Below are positions 38,447 to 48,019 of a stretch of 64,000 nucleotides of DNA, one piece after another (the first letter of the stretch is position 1; each line of letters starts with the position of its first letter). A program made the position numbers and the translations under genes. The DNA is from an uncultured Desulfobacterales bacterium (GTDB lineage: Bacteria; Desulfobacterota; Dissulfuribacteria; Dissulfuribacterales; QOAL01), in assembly GCA_964573805.1 (NCBI GenBank), contig CAZNKP010000020.1, positions 3,761-67,760 on the forward strand, in the 5' to 3' direction. Below the pieces are notes generated by a model, which had not been told where the DNA came from, searched no databases, and saw only the letters and a program-made list of their open reading frames with translations.

Positions 38447-39989
38447 TCCTGTAGCAACTTCCCTAAAGCTGGAATTAAAGCCTCCAAAGCTAGGAGATAA
38501 CCGCAGTCCAGAGAAGAGGCTCAGGGATGGCCTTGTCCAGGAGCTGGGACAAGGCCCATTTCATCTGCCTATTCATATAGCAAGGTCACTTCCGGGTATA
38601 TTATCTGCAGCGGATTACAAGATCCAGGTGGTTGTTGTCAAAGATGTTTGTGGCTGGAGAATTTGCAGTTGTGAGCCGCAATCCGAGTCCGTTAAGGTGC
38701 TTGGGCTTGCTGTCGATCTTGGCTCAACTTCGGTGGTATTTTATCTTGTTGATTTGCATACAGGTGAAATCATTCAAACCCTTTCAAAAGAGAATCCTCA
38801 GAGGATTCATGGAGAAGATATTCTAGACAGGATAATCTTTGCTCAAAGAGGCGGGCTTCAGAGGCTCCATAAAGAGGTTCTGGAACTTTTTAACAAAAGC
38901 GCAAGCCAGATGTGCACACAGGCCGGAGCAGATACGACCGAGATATTTTTTATGACGGTTGCAGGCAATACCACCATGTGCCATTTTTTCTTGGCCCTAG
39001 ATCCCAGCCATATATGCAAGGAACCTTATATCCCGGCAGCAAACAAGTTTGATCTGCTGTCTCCACAGGACCTTGGATTGAATATAAATCCAAGTGCCTC
39101 TATCTATGTGTTGCCAAATGTGGGCTCATACTTCGGCGGAGACCTCATTGCAGGCATACTTGCATCTGGTATGGCTGAAAGAGAAGAGATCTCCATGCTG
39201 GTGGATGTAGGCACCAATGCTGAAGTAGTCCTTGGAAACAAAGACTGGTTAGTAGCATGTGCCGGGGCAGCAGGCCCTGCTCTTGAAGGAGGCATACTGT
39301 CATGCGGTATGAGAGCGCAGCCAGGCGCTATAGAAAGGGTGGAAATATCCCCGTCCGATTTGTCTGCTAAGATAAAAACCATTGGGAATCAACCTCCTAA
39401 CGGGCTGTGTGGTTCTGGGATTATTGACCTGTTGGCCTCCATGTTTGAAGCAGGCCTTGTGGACCAGACAGGCAAGCTATTGGTAGAGAGGGCTCCTTCC
39501 AGAATGATCAAGGTAGACCATGAGTGGGCGTATATTGTGGCTCCTGAAACCGAAACAGCTAACGGCAAGCCAGTGTATATTACCCAGAGCGATATCAAAA
39601 ATCTTATCCGCTCAAAAGGTGCCATGTATACTATCTTGAATGTGGTGATACAAAGTGTCGGCATCACCTTTGAAGACATCGAAAATTTTTATGTTGCAGG
39701 TGCCTTTGGCAACTATATAGATGCCCAGAGGGCCATAACCATTGGCATGCTTCCTGATATCCCCTTAAAAAAATTCAAACCTCTAGGAAACTCTGCTGGA
39801 CAGGGGGCAATTAGGGTCCTATTAGAAAAAGATTCGCTTGGGAAGATGGACAGAATCTGCGAAAAAATAACCTATCTTGAGATGAATGTGAGGGGGGATT
39901 TCATGAATCAGCTCACAGGTGCCCTTTTTCTTCCTCATACTGATCTCAGCCGTTTCCCCAGTGTTACCAAAAGACTGGAATTGACCTGA
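38433..39989 (+). CDS. ASKHA-family ATPase (RACo/DUF4445-like reductive activator) lacking the N-terminal 2Fe-2S domain
   Basis: AVDLGSTS, NPQ..HGED, AGNTTM, VDVGTNAE, AGPALEG, GLCGSG, AGAFG. Confidence 0.85.
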   Translation: MEGFDPVATSLKLELKPPKLGDNRSPEKRLRDGLVQELGQGPFHLPIHIARSLPGILSAADYKIQVVVVKDVCGWRICSCEPQSESVKVLGLAVDLGSTSVVFYLVDLHTGEIIQTLSKENPQRIHGEDILDRIIFAQRGGLQRLHKEVLELFNKSASQMCTQAGADTTEIFFMTVAGNTTMCHFFLALDPSHICKEPYIPAANKFDLLSPQDLGLNINPSASIYVLPNVGSYFGGDLIAGILASGMAEREEISMLVDVGTNAEVVLGNKDWLVACAGAAGPALEGGILSCGMRAQPGAIERVEISPSDLSAKIKTIGNQPPNGLCGSGIIDLLASMFEAGLVDQTGKLLVERAPSRMIKVDHEWAYIVAPETETANGKPVYITQSDIKNLIRSKGAMYTILNVVIQSVGITFEDIENFYVAGAFGNYIDAQRAITIGMLPDIPLKKFKPLGNSAGQGAIRVLLEKDSLGKMDRICEKITYLEMNVRGDFMNQLTGALFLPHTDLSRFPSVTKRLELT

Positions 39990-40021
39990 GTTAACGTTTT
40001 GCAAAAGCTGGAGAATCTCTT

Positions 40022-40399
40022 TTGATGGATCTAATTTTCATAGGAATGGGCGGCTTCTTGGGTGCCATATCCCGGTACTTGACAGCATCGTTGATGCATA
40101 GACTATTTGGCATAGGCTTTCCATATGGAACCCTATTTGTAAATGTGCTTGGCACCTTTATCCTTTGCACATTTCTTCCTCTGAGTCTTGAAATCTATCA
40201 AATACCAGCGGAGCTTAGGGCTGCAGTTACAGTTGGGTTTTGTGGAGCATTTACCACATTTTCTACCTTCAGCTTTGAGACACTGTCCCTTTTGCAAGAT
40301 GGCTATAACACTGTGGCCTTTCTTAATATCTTTGGAAACCTGTTTTTGTGTTTGCTGGCTGGCTGGCTGGGATTTATGGTCAGCCGCCTTTTAGGATAA
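40022..40399 (+). CDS. crcB: Fluoride channel Fluc
   Basis: GG..GAISRY, PYGTLFVN, GFCGAFTTFSTF. Confidence 0.94.
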   Translation: MMDLIFIGMGGFLGAISRYLTASLMHRLFGIGFPYGTLFVNVLGTFILCTFLPLSLEIYQIPAELRAAVTVGFCGAFTTFSTFSFETLSLLQDGYNTVAFLNIFGNLFLCLLAGWLGFMVSRLLG

Positions 40400-40412
40400 A
40401 AGGAGACCTGCT

Positions 40413-40754
40413 ATGCCTACCACACGCCTTGAGGGAGACCAGATGTGCATGCGCATCTATATAGGAGAAAAGGACAAATGCAGGGGCAAGCCTCTCTACA
40501 GGGCCATTTTGGACTATCTAAAGGAGAGCGATATTGCGGGTGCCACTGTTTACAGGGCCATGGCTGGCTATGGTCCCAACAGTTATTTTAGGACAGTAAA
40601 TTTACTCTCCCTCTCTACCGACCTGCCTGTAGTAGTGGAAGTTGTGGATGACCCGATAAAAATAGAAAAGGTCCTTCTTGAATTGGACAAGATGATTCCA
40701 GCAGGGATGATAACATTACAAAACGTCCATGTACTTACCTACAAGAAGAGTTGA
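40413..40754 (+). CDS. DUF190 (PII-like) protein
   Basis: RIYIGE.D, AGATVYR..AGYG, LSTDLPVVVE; usual crcB partner. Confidence 0.88.
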   Translation: MPTTRLEGDQMCMRIYIGEKDKCRGKPLYRAILDYLKESDIAGATVYRAMAGYGPNSYFRTVNLLSLSTDLPVVVEVVDDPIKIEKVLLELDKMIPAGMITLQNVHVLTYKKS

Positions 40755-40777
40755 TTCGTTGGCCAGGAGGTAACAGG

Positions 40778-41323
40778 ATGAACGGGGCTTTTTCATTCCT
40801 TGTAAGCATGGATGAGAGACTGGCCAGAAACCTCAAAATTTTTGGCATCGTGCTATGTATTATAGGGCTTATAGGGATAATTGCACCCAAGATCATGGCG
40901 GTAGCAGTATCAATTGTCATAGCCTTTATGTTGATTTTTACAGGATTAGTGCTTTGTTTCTTTAGTTACATTACAGGTCAAAAGAAAAAAATGGCGTGGA
41001 TTAAGGCAGTTAGCCCCTTGGCTCTTGGTCTTTTTATAATTTTAAAGCCCTTTGCCCTTATCGTTGTGCTTGGTTTTGCCATCTTTATATATTTTATCCT
41101 GGAAGGAGTCACAAGTATGACCCTTGCCTTAGAGCTTAAGCCTTGGTCTGGATGGAGGCTTTTATTCATTAACGGCGTATTTTCCCTTGCCCTAGCAGGT
41201 CTTTTTATACTTTTCTGGCCTTACAGTACCCACTGGTATCTGGGATGGATGGTAGGAATTAGCCTGATTTTAAACGGGATTTTTTTTATAGCACTTTCTA
41301 AGGGCGTACAAATAGACCAATAA
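40778..41323 (+). CDS. HdeD/DUF308 family membrane protein
   Basis: About 6 TM helices; W.LG..VGISL..NG; start after GGAGG. Confidence 0.7.
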   Translation: MNGAFSFLVSMDERLARNLKIFGIVLCIIGLIGIIAPKIMAVAVSIVIAFMLIFTGLVLCFFSYITGQKKKMAWIKAVSPLALGLFIILKPFALIVVLGFAIFIYFILEGVTSMTLALELKPWSGWRLLFINGVFSLALAGLFILFWPYSTHWYLGWMVGISLILNGIFFIALSKGVQIDQ

Positions 41324-41356
41324 TTTCAACTTCAGTCTCCTGATTTTATAAGGAAC

Positions 41357-41385
41357 AATGAAGGCGGGAGTATCCCGCCTTCATT
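41357..41385. terminator. Bidirectional terminator hairpin
   Basis: Perfect 13-bp inverted repeat AATGAAGGCGGGA-GTA-TCCCGCCTTCATT between convergent genes. Confidence 0.8.
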
Positions 41386-41413
41386 AAGGTTGCAGGGAGT
41401 GCTGCTTACTGAA

Positions 41414-43795
41414 TTAAGGTATTACAAACCTCTGTAAGTTAATAGTGGTGGAGCCTACAGTAACCGTAGCGTGATTTGCATCAGTGAAATTAATGTTGAT
41501 CGTACCACCTTCGCCAGGAATTACTGTAGGAGGAGAGGTAAATGGACAACCTACACACTGCCCATTCATCCAACCATCCAAAGAACCTGTATAAGTCGTT
41601 GCTCCGTCGGCAAATGGAGCGCTAGAAGTCCACCAACGAGGGCTGTGATCATCACGGTAGTTGTACCATACCATTGCCATCTTTCCACCTCTTGCATCAA
41701 GATAGAAGCCCATACCGTTGTAGTTAGGATCATACCACCAACCAGTAAGATTCCTTGAGTCCTTGTCTCCTGGTGCAAAGTCCTTCATAAAGGAGCTGAA
41801 ATTATGAGACACCATCTTGTCTCCTATGGTTGCTGTAAAATTTATAAGATCGTTGGAGCCCTTGTTGAATACCATGCTAATAGAGCCTACTACTTCACTA
41901 GTTGGAGGAGAGTATGGCTCTTTTCCCCAAGCCCAACCTGTGAACTTCCAGAGCTGGCCCACGTATGCAGTTTCATTGACCAAGGATCCGCCTGAAGCGT
42001 ACCATGTTGTCCTGCCGTTTTCATCATATACAAACCAGGCCAGGAAGAGCTTATTGTTTTCCTGGATTTCAACTGCCATGCCTGTTCCTGGCTGGGAGGG
42101 ATCATACCACCAACCAGTGAAACGCTGTCTGGTCTCTTCCATAGGATCAGAGACCGCTTCGGTGGTGAATGTGTTATCCTCTCCCTCTACAGATCCACCT
42201 GCATTTTCTGCAACAAGGCGGAAATGATAGGTGGTTCCAGGTTGCAGGTCATTTACAGTTGCATTTACGCTGATTTCAGATGACCCGTCTCCTGCAGCAA
42301 ACCATGGGGTGGTGTTTCCATAATTAGTATCTGTGCCATATTCAAAGCGGTATTTTGTCTCTGCCCCCTGGGGGTTTAGGGTTCCTGTAAGAACGGCCGT
42401 ACGGGCAGTGACTTGCTCTGCAGAGCCTGTAGAGGCAACCGGTGCAGTTACACTTATGGCCGTAGTAGTGAACGTTCTGTCTGAACCCATGGATGTGCCT
42501 GTAGGATTTACTGCAACCAGTCTGTAATGGTAGGTAGTGCCAGGCGTAAGGTTGGCGATAATCTCATCTACAGTCTTGCTTGTTTTGTCAGAACCGGCGT
42601 CCCTGTCTGGTGTTACATTTCCGTAGCTTGTGGAAGTGCCCCACTCAAAATGATAGGTAGTGGCCTGGCCATTTGGATTTACAGAACCTCTCAATTTAGC
42701 GCTGGTCTGGGTAACATCCTGAGCAGAAAGGGTAGATACCGTTGGCTTCTCAGGGACATCGATTTCTGCATAATAAATATCCCAATCTGATCCATTCTTG
42801 GCCTGCCATAGGATTGCTCCGTTATCCAAAGACACCTGCTTATCGTCGATATTGTTGACAGTAACTCGGGTTATCTTTTCACCATCCCAATAATAGATTT
42901 CATAGTCAGAGCCATCATATCCCTGCCAGGCTATCTTGCCATTCCAAAGGGAGGGATATGTATCATCTTTGTCATTGTTGGTTATCTGAATTACCTGGGA
43001 GCCGTTCCAGTAGTAGATCTCCCAATCGTTACCATCGTATCCCTGCCAAGCTATCTTACCGTCATAGAGACTGGGGTATTTATCGTCGTTGCCGTTGTTT
43101 GTAAGTTGCCGCTTGGTGTTACCGTCCCAGTAATATATCTCATAATCGTTACCATCGTTTCCATACCAGGCAACTGTTTCACCAAATAGGGAAGGCGAAT
43201 AATCATTTCTACTATTGTTGCTAACATTGGCTTCAAAGGCCCCTTTTTTGACTATGATTTCATAGTCATGCCCGTCATATTTAGAATAGGCGATATTATC
43301 CTGATAAAGACTAGGTTTTTGGGCATTGTAATCTATCCAAGATGTTGAGTTTCCGTCCCACAATCCTATTGCGTCGGTGTCATAAAAATTCAAGCCTAAA
43401 TCTAGTGAATAATTTCCCCAAAAGGCAACCTTTTGGCCAAATGAGGATAGAGATTTAAGAGACGAGTCATTTGCAAAAAAAAGTTCAGCAGGGCGGTTGC
43501 TTAATGGATCAAATACCTTTTGGGCTGTTGACAGATCATTACTGGTATCCCACATGTATACACCATCACCTACTTTGTACCAAACGGCGTAACCGTTACG
43601 CAAAGAAGGGAAAATGTCGTTCTTGTTATCATCTGTAACATGCGAGATAATCACCGTATTAACAATTACTTGAAAGTTTGGAATTATAATAGCGTAAGAA
43701 GGACCATATGCCCAAACAGAATTTGAGTAAAAAAAGACAGCAAACAAAACAACCCAGTAAGATCGATTAATCAATCTGGCTAAAACACTCCTCAT
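41414..43795 (-). CDS. Large secreted modular protein (beta-propeller-like repeats, two FnIII-like domains, duplicated C-terminal domain)
   Basis: Signal peptide; 40-aa repeats; two A.L.G..NP.G..T.Y.FE.G modules; two TGWWYDP modules. Confidence 0.75.
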   Translation of the reverse strand: MRSVLARLINRSYWVVLFAVFFYSNSVWAYGPSYAIIIPNFQVIVNTVIISHVTDDNKNDIFPSLRNGYAVWYKVGDGVYMWDTSNDLSTAQKVFDPLSNRPAELFFANDSSLKSLSSFGQKVAFWGNYSLDLGLNFYDTDAIGLWDGNSTSWIDYNAQKPSLYQDNIAYSKYDGHDYEIIVKKGAFEANVSNNSRNDYSPSLFGETVAWYGNDGNDYEIYYWDGNTKRQLTNNGNDDKYPSLYDGKIAWQGYDGNDWEIYYWNGSQVIQITNNDKDDTYPSLWNGKIAWQGYDGSDYEIYYWDGEKITRVTVNNIDDKQVSLDNGAILWQAKNGSDWDIYYAEIDVPEKPTVSTLSAQDVTQTSAKLRGSVNPNGQATTYHFEWGTSTSYGNVTPDRDAGSDKTSKTVDEIIANLTPGTTYHYRLVAVNPTGTSMGSDRTFTTTAISVTAPVASTGSAEQVTARTAVLTGTLNPQGAETKYRFEYGTDTNYGNTTPWFAAGDGSSEISVNATVNDLQPGTTYHFRLVAENAGGSVEGEDNTFTTEAVSDPMEETRQRFTGWWYDPSQPGTGMAVEIQENNKLFLAWFVYDENGRTTWYASGGSLVNETAYVGQLWKFTGWAWGKEPYSPPTSEVVGSISMVFNKGSNDLINFTATIGDKMVSHNFSSFMKDFAPGDKDSRNLTGWWYDPNYNGMGFYLDARGGKMAMVWYNYRDDHSPRWWTSSAPFADGATTYTGSLDGWMNGQCVGCPFTSPPTVIPGEGGTININFTDANHATVTVGSTTINLQRFVIP
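42768..43220 (-). repeat. About four tandem 40-aa (120-bp) coding repeats
   Basis: NN..DD.YPSL..GKIAWQGYDG.DYEIYYW.G....Q.T repeated. Confidence 0.8.
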
Positions 43796-43985
43796 AAAAA
43801 AACCTCCTTTCGTTACGCATTTTTTGTAGTTCTTGTTGGAAATATGTTCCCTGTACCAAATAAAAAGTTCAAAAAATTGTTAAAAATAAAAGTAATAAAT
43901 AAAAAGACAGATAGGCCAAAGGGCATTTTTTACATAATATAAATTTTGTCGACATATTAATCCAAGGACCTTAAAAATAACCTGC

Positions 43986-46766
43986 TTACTTGGTACATAC
44001 CAAGCCCTCGCACTCGGAAACGAGACATTTACGCACCTTCAAGGCCAACTCTAGAGGATTAAAAGGCTTTTTAATAAGCCTTAGACCGTTACCATTGGAG
44101 TTTTTTAAAGACTCGGAAAGGTCTGATATGGATGTGTAACCGCTGCAAAAGAGTATCTTTGCATTGGGATCAAACTCCATAATTTTCTTCGCAGATTCTA
44201 TTCCATCCATTTCTGGCATAAGTACATCCATGATAACCAAATCTATGTTAGGATAACCTTCTCTATATGCCTCAATGGCTTCCCGGCCGTTTGAGACTGT
44301 AACGATTTTGTAGCCGTAAGGCCGAAGAATTTCTTTTGCCAGAGCCCGTAACATTTCCTCATCATCAACGATGAGAATGGTTTCTTTCCCCTTTAGAGAT
44401 TCATGCCCGCAAGCTGAGCGGTTTGCAGCGGCCCTCTTGTCTGACGTAGGGAAATAAAGCTCAAATGTTGTCCCTAATCCTACTTGACTTTTGACATCTA
44501 CCGCTCCGCCAATCCTTTCCATTATTCCATAAACCATGGCCAATCCTAAACCGGAGCCCTTACCAACTTCCTTGGTAGTAAAAAAAGGATCAAAAATCCT
44601 CTCCAAGATTTCAGGAGCTATTCCACTTCCTGTATCAATGACACTGACTTTTAGGAAACTGTTTCCAGTTATTCGCTTTCGAATGGCAAAAGGCAATACA
44701 GAATAGGAAATCTGCTCAAGCACAACCGTGATCTTCCCGCCCCTGGGCATGGCATCCCTGGCGTTGATACATAAGTTTGTAATAATCTGTTGGAATTGAC
44801 TGGCACTGCAGGTGATATCTGGACATGCATTAGGCATTTTGACCTCTATCAGTATGTTTTTGGGAAAAGAACTCTTTATTAGTGCGATGGTTTCATCTAA
44901 AACAGTACTTGGCGAGCATACATCATCATCTTGTAGGCCAGCGTCCCTGCTAAAGACCAACATCTTTTTGACTAGATCAGCAGCCCTGAGACTAGATTTT
45001 TCTATGATTTCAGTGAATCGTGCAAGGTCGGGCATGTCTTTGGTCTTTTCTTTCATAAGGCTCGTAAAACCCAAGATGCCAGTCAGTATGTTATTAAAGT
45101 CGTGGGCTATACCACCTGCCATTGTCCCTATGGATTCCAGCTTTTGGGCCTGCAGCAACTTTCGTTCTAATTCTTTCTGATGGGTAAGGTCCGTTATCAG
45201 GGCCAAGCATCCCTGCATAGAATCGTCATTTTCATTGGTAATTGGTACACTGCTAATCAATGCAGGAACCACCGTGCTCCTATCCAGCGAACAGAGCACT
45301 AACTCCTCCTTGGCCTGCTGTCCCTGATAGTTGGCCATCATAAGAGAAACCAGTCTTTTCCGATCTTCTTCCTCAGGAACCAGGTTATATATATTTACTC
45401 CATTGAGGCCCTCTGCTCTCATAAGTTCGTTCATTTTCCTATTTGAGAAAAGGATGGAACCACCCTCATTCATAATGAGAATGCCCTCGTTTATATTTTC
45501 AACGATCTGGCGATACTTCTTCTCTGAAGTTTCTATGCGTTTATAAAGACTTGCATTTTCTATAGCCATTGCTATGTGGTTGGCAAAACTGGTTAGAAAA
45601 TCCCGGTCAATATCCTTTATAAACTCTTTGTTCGCCGCATTATCTCCAACCAGTATTCCAATTACTTCGCCTCTAACAGTAAGGGGAACTATTACAAACG
45701 CCTTGGGCTTAAAGGCTCTGAGCAAGGGATTACGCCTATTGAGCGTAATGCTGTCCACGTCGTCAACGAGTATTGGTCTTTGAGATTGGGCTGCCCGTGC
45801 AATGATGTTGTTCTTTTTATCTATCGGAATATAATATTTTTTTAATCTGTTTAAGGTTGACTCTTCTATTCCAGCTGCATGGATAAGGCTCAGTCTTTTC
45901 CCTTCTGCATCTACCAAAAACACTCCAGCCCTGTCTAGCTTTGCTATCACCATCATTCTTTTCAGTACCTTATCCAACAGCTCCGTAAGATCCAGGGTTG
46001 AAAGTATAGCCGTGCTAGTTTCATATAGTGCGGAAAGCTGGTCTATTTTGGCATTTAATTCCTTATTGAGGGCGTGAATCTTTTCGTACTTTTGTTGAAG
46101 AATCTCTTTGTCGTGCTCTAGCTCCTGAATAGACTCTTTTGCTATCTTCCAAGGTGCTATTATTTGGAAAAACTTATGTTTTAACAAAGACTTGGCCTTC
46201 CAAGAGAGATGATATTCGCAGTAGGGATCTCCCTTGAAAAAACACCTTTCCTCGCGTACGGTACATGACCTGCCACCCCATATAGTCGGAATTGCAGAGT
46301 ATATTCCTTGATTAAAAAGACAAAAATCTCTAGTCAGCTTTAAGTCTTTGTGCCAGTGGAGCTGTAATATGGCATTGTCTTTATTTATGTTCACCAAGTG
46401 TATGGTTTTTGTTTTGTTGAATTTATCGTTTACCTTCTGGGCATATCTCAGGATCTTGCTTGGTTTCCCAAAGGCGTATATTAGGATCTTTTGGACATAG
46501 CCAAAGCGTCTTCTTATTATTGAATCGTATCCTATTTTGTAGGCTATATTTTTGTCATTGGTTATCTTTTGGGCATTTTTATAAAGCCTGACAAGGACTT
46601 CTGAAGATACCCAATTATTTGGATCAGTTAGGAATTCCTTTTTGTTTTCTATTTCAGGAAGTTCGTCATCTAATCCTTCAAAGAGTTCATGAACCCTGTC
46701 AGGTTGATTTTCTTCGATATATCGGATAATTGCCTCGGTATTAAGACAACTGTTTGTCTTTTTCAT
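43986..46766 (-). CDS. Cytoplasmic hybrid histidine kinase (V4R/HNOB-like, GAF, PAS, HisKA, HATPase, REC)
   Basis: No TM segments; N-terminal C...E-x2-C-x7-C; GAF ([11 protein letters not shown]); GGIAHDFNN; receiver DVLMP; start adjusted to MKKTN. Confidence 0.88.
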   Translation of the reverse strand: MKKTNSCLNTEAIIRYIEENQPDRVHELFEGLDDELPEIENKKEFLTDPNNWVSSEVLVRLYKNAQKITNDKNIAYKIGYDSIIRRRFGYVQKILIYAFGKPSKILRYAQKVNDKFNKTKTIHLVNINKDNAILQLHWHKDLKLTRDFCLFNQGIYSAIPTIWGGRSCTVREERCFFKGDPYCEYHLSWKAKSLLKHKFFQIIAPWKIAKESIQELEHDKEILQQKYEKIHALNKELNAKIDQLSALYETSTAILSTLDLTELLDKVLKRMMVIAKLDRAGVFLVDAEGKRLSLIHAAGIEESTLNRLKKYYIPIDKKNNIIARAAQSQRPILVDDVDSITLNRRNPLLRAFKPKAFVIVPLTVRGEVIGILVGDNAANKEFIKDIDRDFLTSFANHIAMAIENASLYKRIETSEKKYRQIVENINEGILIMNEGGSILFSNRKMNELMRAEGLNGVNIYNLVPEEEDRKRLVSLMMANYQGQQAKEELVLCSLDRSTVVPALISSVPITNENDDSMQGCLALITDLTHQKELERKLLQAQKLESIGTMAGGIAHDFNNILTGILGFTSLMKEKTKDMPDLARFTEIIEKSSLRAADLVKKMLVFSRDAGLQDDDVCSPSTVLDETIALIKSSFPKNILIEVKMPNACPDITCSASQFQQIITNLCINARDAMPRGGKITVVLEQISYSVLPFAIRKRITGNSFLKVSVIDTGSGIAPEILERIFDPFFTTKEVGKGSGLGLAMVYGIMERIGGAVDVKSQVGLGTTFELYFPTSDKRAAANRSACGHESLKGKETILIVDDEEMLRALAKEILRPYGYKIVTVSNGREAIEAYREGYPNIDLVIMDVLMPEMDGIESAKKIMEFDPNAKILFCSGYTSISDLSESLKNSNGNGLRLIKKPFNPLELALKVRKCLVSECEGLVCTK

Positions 46767-46912
46767 TCTTCTTATAAGACCAATTCCAATCAAGTGGTTC
46801 AAAAATCAACATCACCTTTAACAAAGCTAAAAGGATTTGATTTTTGAATTTTTTCTATTAACTATTATAATAAAAATGGTTTTACATATAAAGGTAGTCC
46901 TTTTGTGTATTT

Positions 46913-46929
46913 CTGGCATCTTTTATGCT
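46913..46929 (+). promoter_or_regulatory. Sigma54-dependent promoter (-24/-12)
   Basis: CTGGCATCTTTTATGCT: GG(46915-16), 10 nt, GC(46927-28), matching YTGGCACGNNNNTTGCW. Confidence 0.7.
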
Positions 46930-47035
46930 CTTATAATATCGGAGGTGGTTATATGACATAAAACAACTCCCAACCCTTTTTATCTAGAAACAAGAAACAG
47001 GCGCTCAGACAATAATAAAAGAGGAGGAGAAGACG

Positions 47036-48019
47036 ATGAGACGTCCTGTCACCTTTAAAAAGCTGGGTATTAGCCAGTTTTTCCAGCTCCCATTTAATGT
47101 TTATCTGGCAAAGGCCATGCCTATACCTCTTTTGAGATGTTATATGTATTTTTGGGGGCTTTTGTATGTGCTTTTCCAAATCCGAATGTTTTTAAACATA
47201 GCAACATGTTTAAGCCTCATTTACAGATCCCGTCCCTTCGATTACAAATTCATCGTTTATCTTCTAAGATCTCTTTTCGGCGTTTTTGAGCATTACTTTG
47301 AAAAAATGGTAATGGCCTATAAGGAGCTAGACGAGCTCCAAAACTATTTAGAGCAGAGACTGATAATCTGTAACAAGGATCTCCTTGATAGGCTAGCCAG
47401 AAAAGGTAAGGGCGCACTTTTAGTAACTGGACACTTCGGCTCGGTAGAGTACCTTCCGTTATCCTTGGCCATGCATGGATACAAGGTATCTATGATATGT
47501 AAGTTTAAGACCCAAACATTAAAGGAGGCCCTAACAGAAAAGGCTGCCTGTTTTGGTGTACAGCTTATCGATGCTAATGAGCCAGGTGTTGCTTTTAAGG
47601 CCGTAAGGGCAATAAAGGAAGGAAGGTTTCTGATAACCGAATGTGATGAATTTTCGGAGTGGCGATTCCACAGGACGCACAGGGTATCTGTACTTGGATT
47701 GTTACTCCCCCAAGATAGGACCTTGGACTTCTTTTTCAAAAAGGCCAAGGCACCTGCGTTCTTAACTCTCATGAAACGAGAAAATGGCAGAATAAAAATG
47801 ATGGTGGAATTTTTGGCTGATGGAAGCAGAGATGAGAGTGTTGCTGCCGTTGCATGGAGAAAAATGGAAACATTTATTTTAAACTATCCATTCCAGTGGT
47901 ATCAGATCAAAGGGGCTTCCAAATTCCTATTGGAGAATGCACTTGAGCCACATGTTGATAATAAAAAAGGCCAAGATATTTCAGGTAAGGATTCCGTTCT
48001 CAGTCCAAGTTACTCATAA
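47036..48019 (+). CDS. LpxL-like (lysophospholipid) acyltransferase family protein
   Basis: LLVTGHFGSVE (H-x4-E/D), N-terminal hydrophobic anchor, YPFQWY tail; GAGGAGGA RBS. Confidence 0.72.
   Translation: MRRPVTFKKLGISQFFQLPFNVYLAKAMPIPLLRCYMYFWGLLYVLFQIRMFLNIATCLSLIYRSRPFDYKFIVYLLRSLFGVFEHYFEKMVMAYKELDELQNYLEQRLIICNKDLLDRLARKGKGALLVTGHFGSVEYLPLSLAMHGYKVSMICKFKTQTLKEALTEKAACFGVQLIDANEPGVAFKAVRAIKEGRFLITECDEFSEWRFHRTHRVSVLGLLLPQDRTLDFFFKKAKAPAFLTLMKRENGRIKMMVEFLADGSRDESVAAVAWRKMETFILNYPFQWYQIKGASKFLLENALEPHVDNKKGQDISGKDSVLSPSYS

Noticed and set aside
39990-40021. Fluoride riboswitch upstream of crcB
   Set aside because: Only about 32 nt of intergenic space and no recognisable aptamer
42768-43220. 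Periodic DNA repeats as a possible CRISPR or VNTR
   Set aside because: Degenerate 120-bp in-frame coding repeats inside a secreted protein
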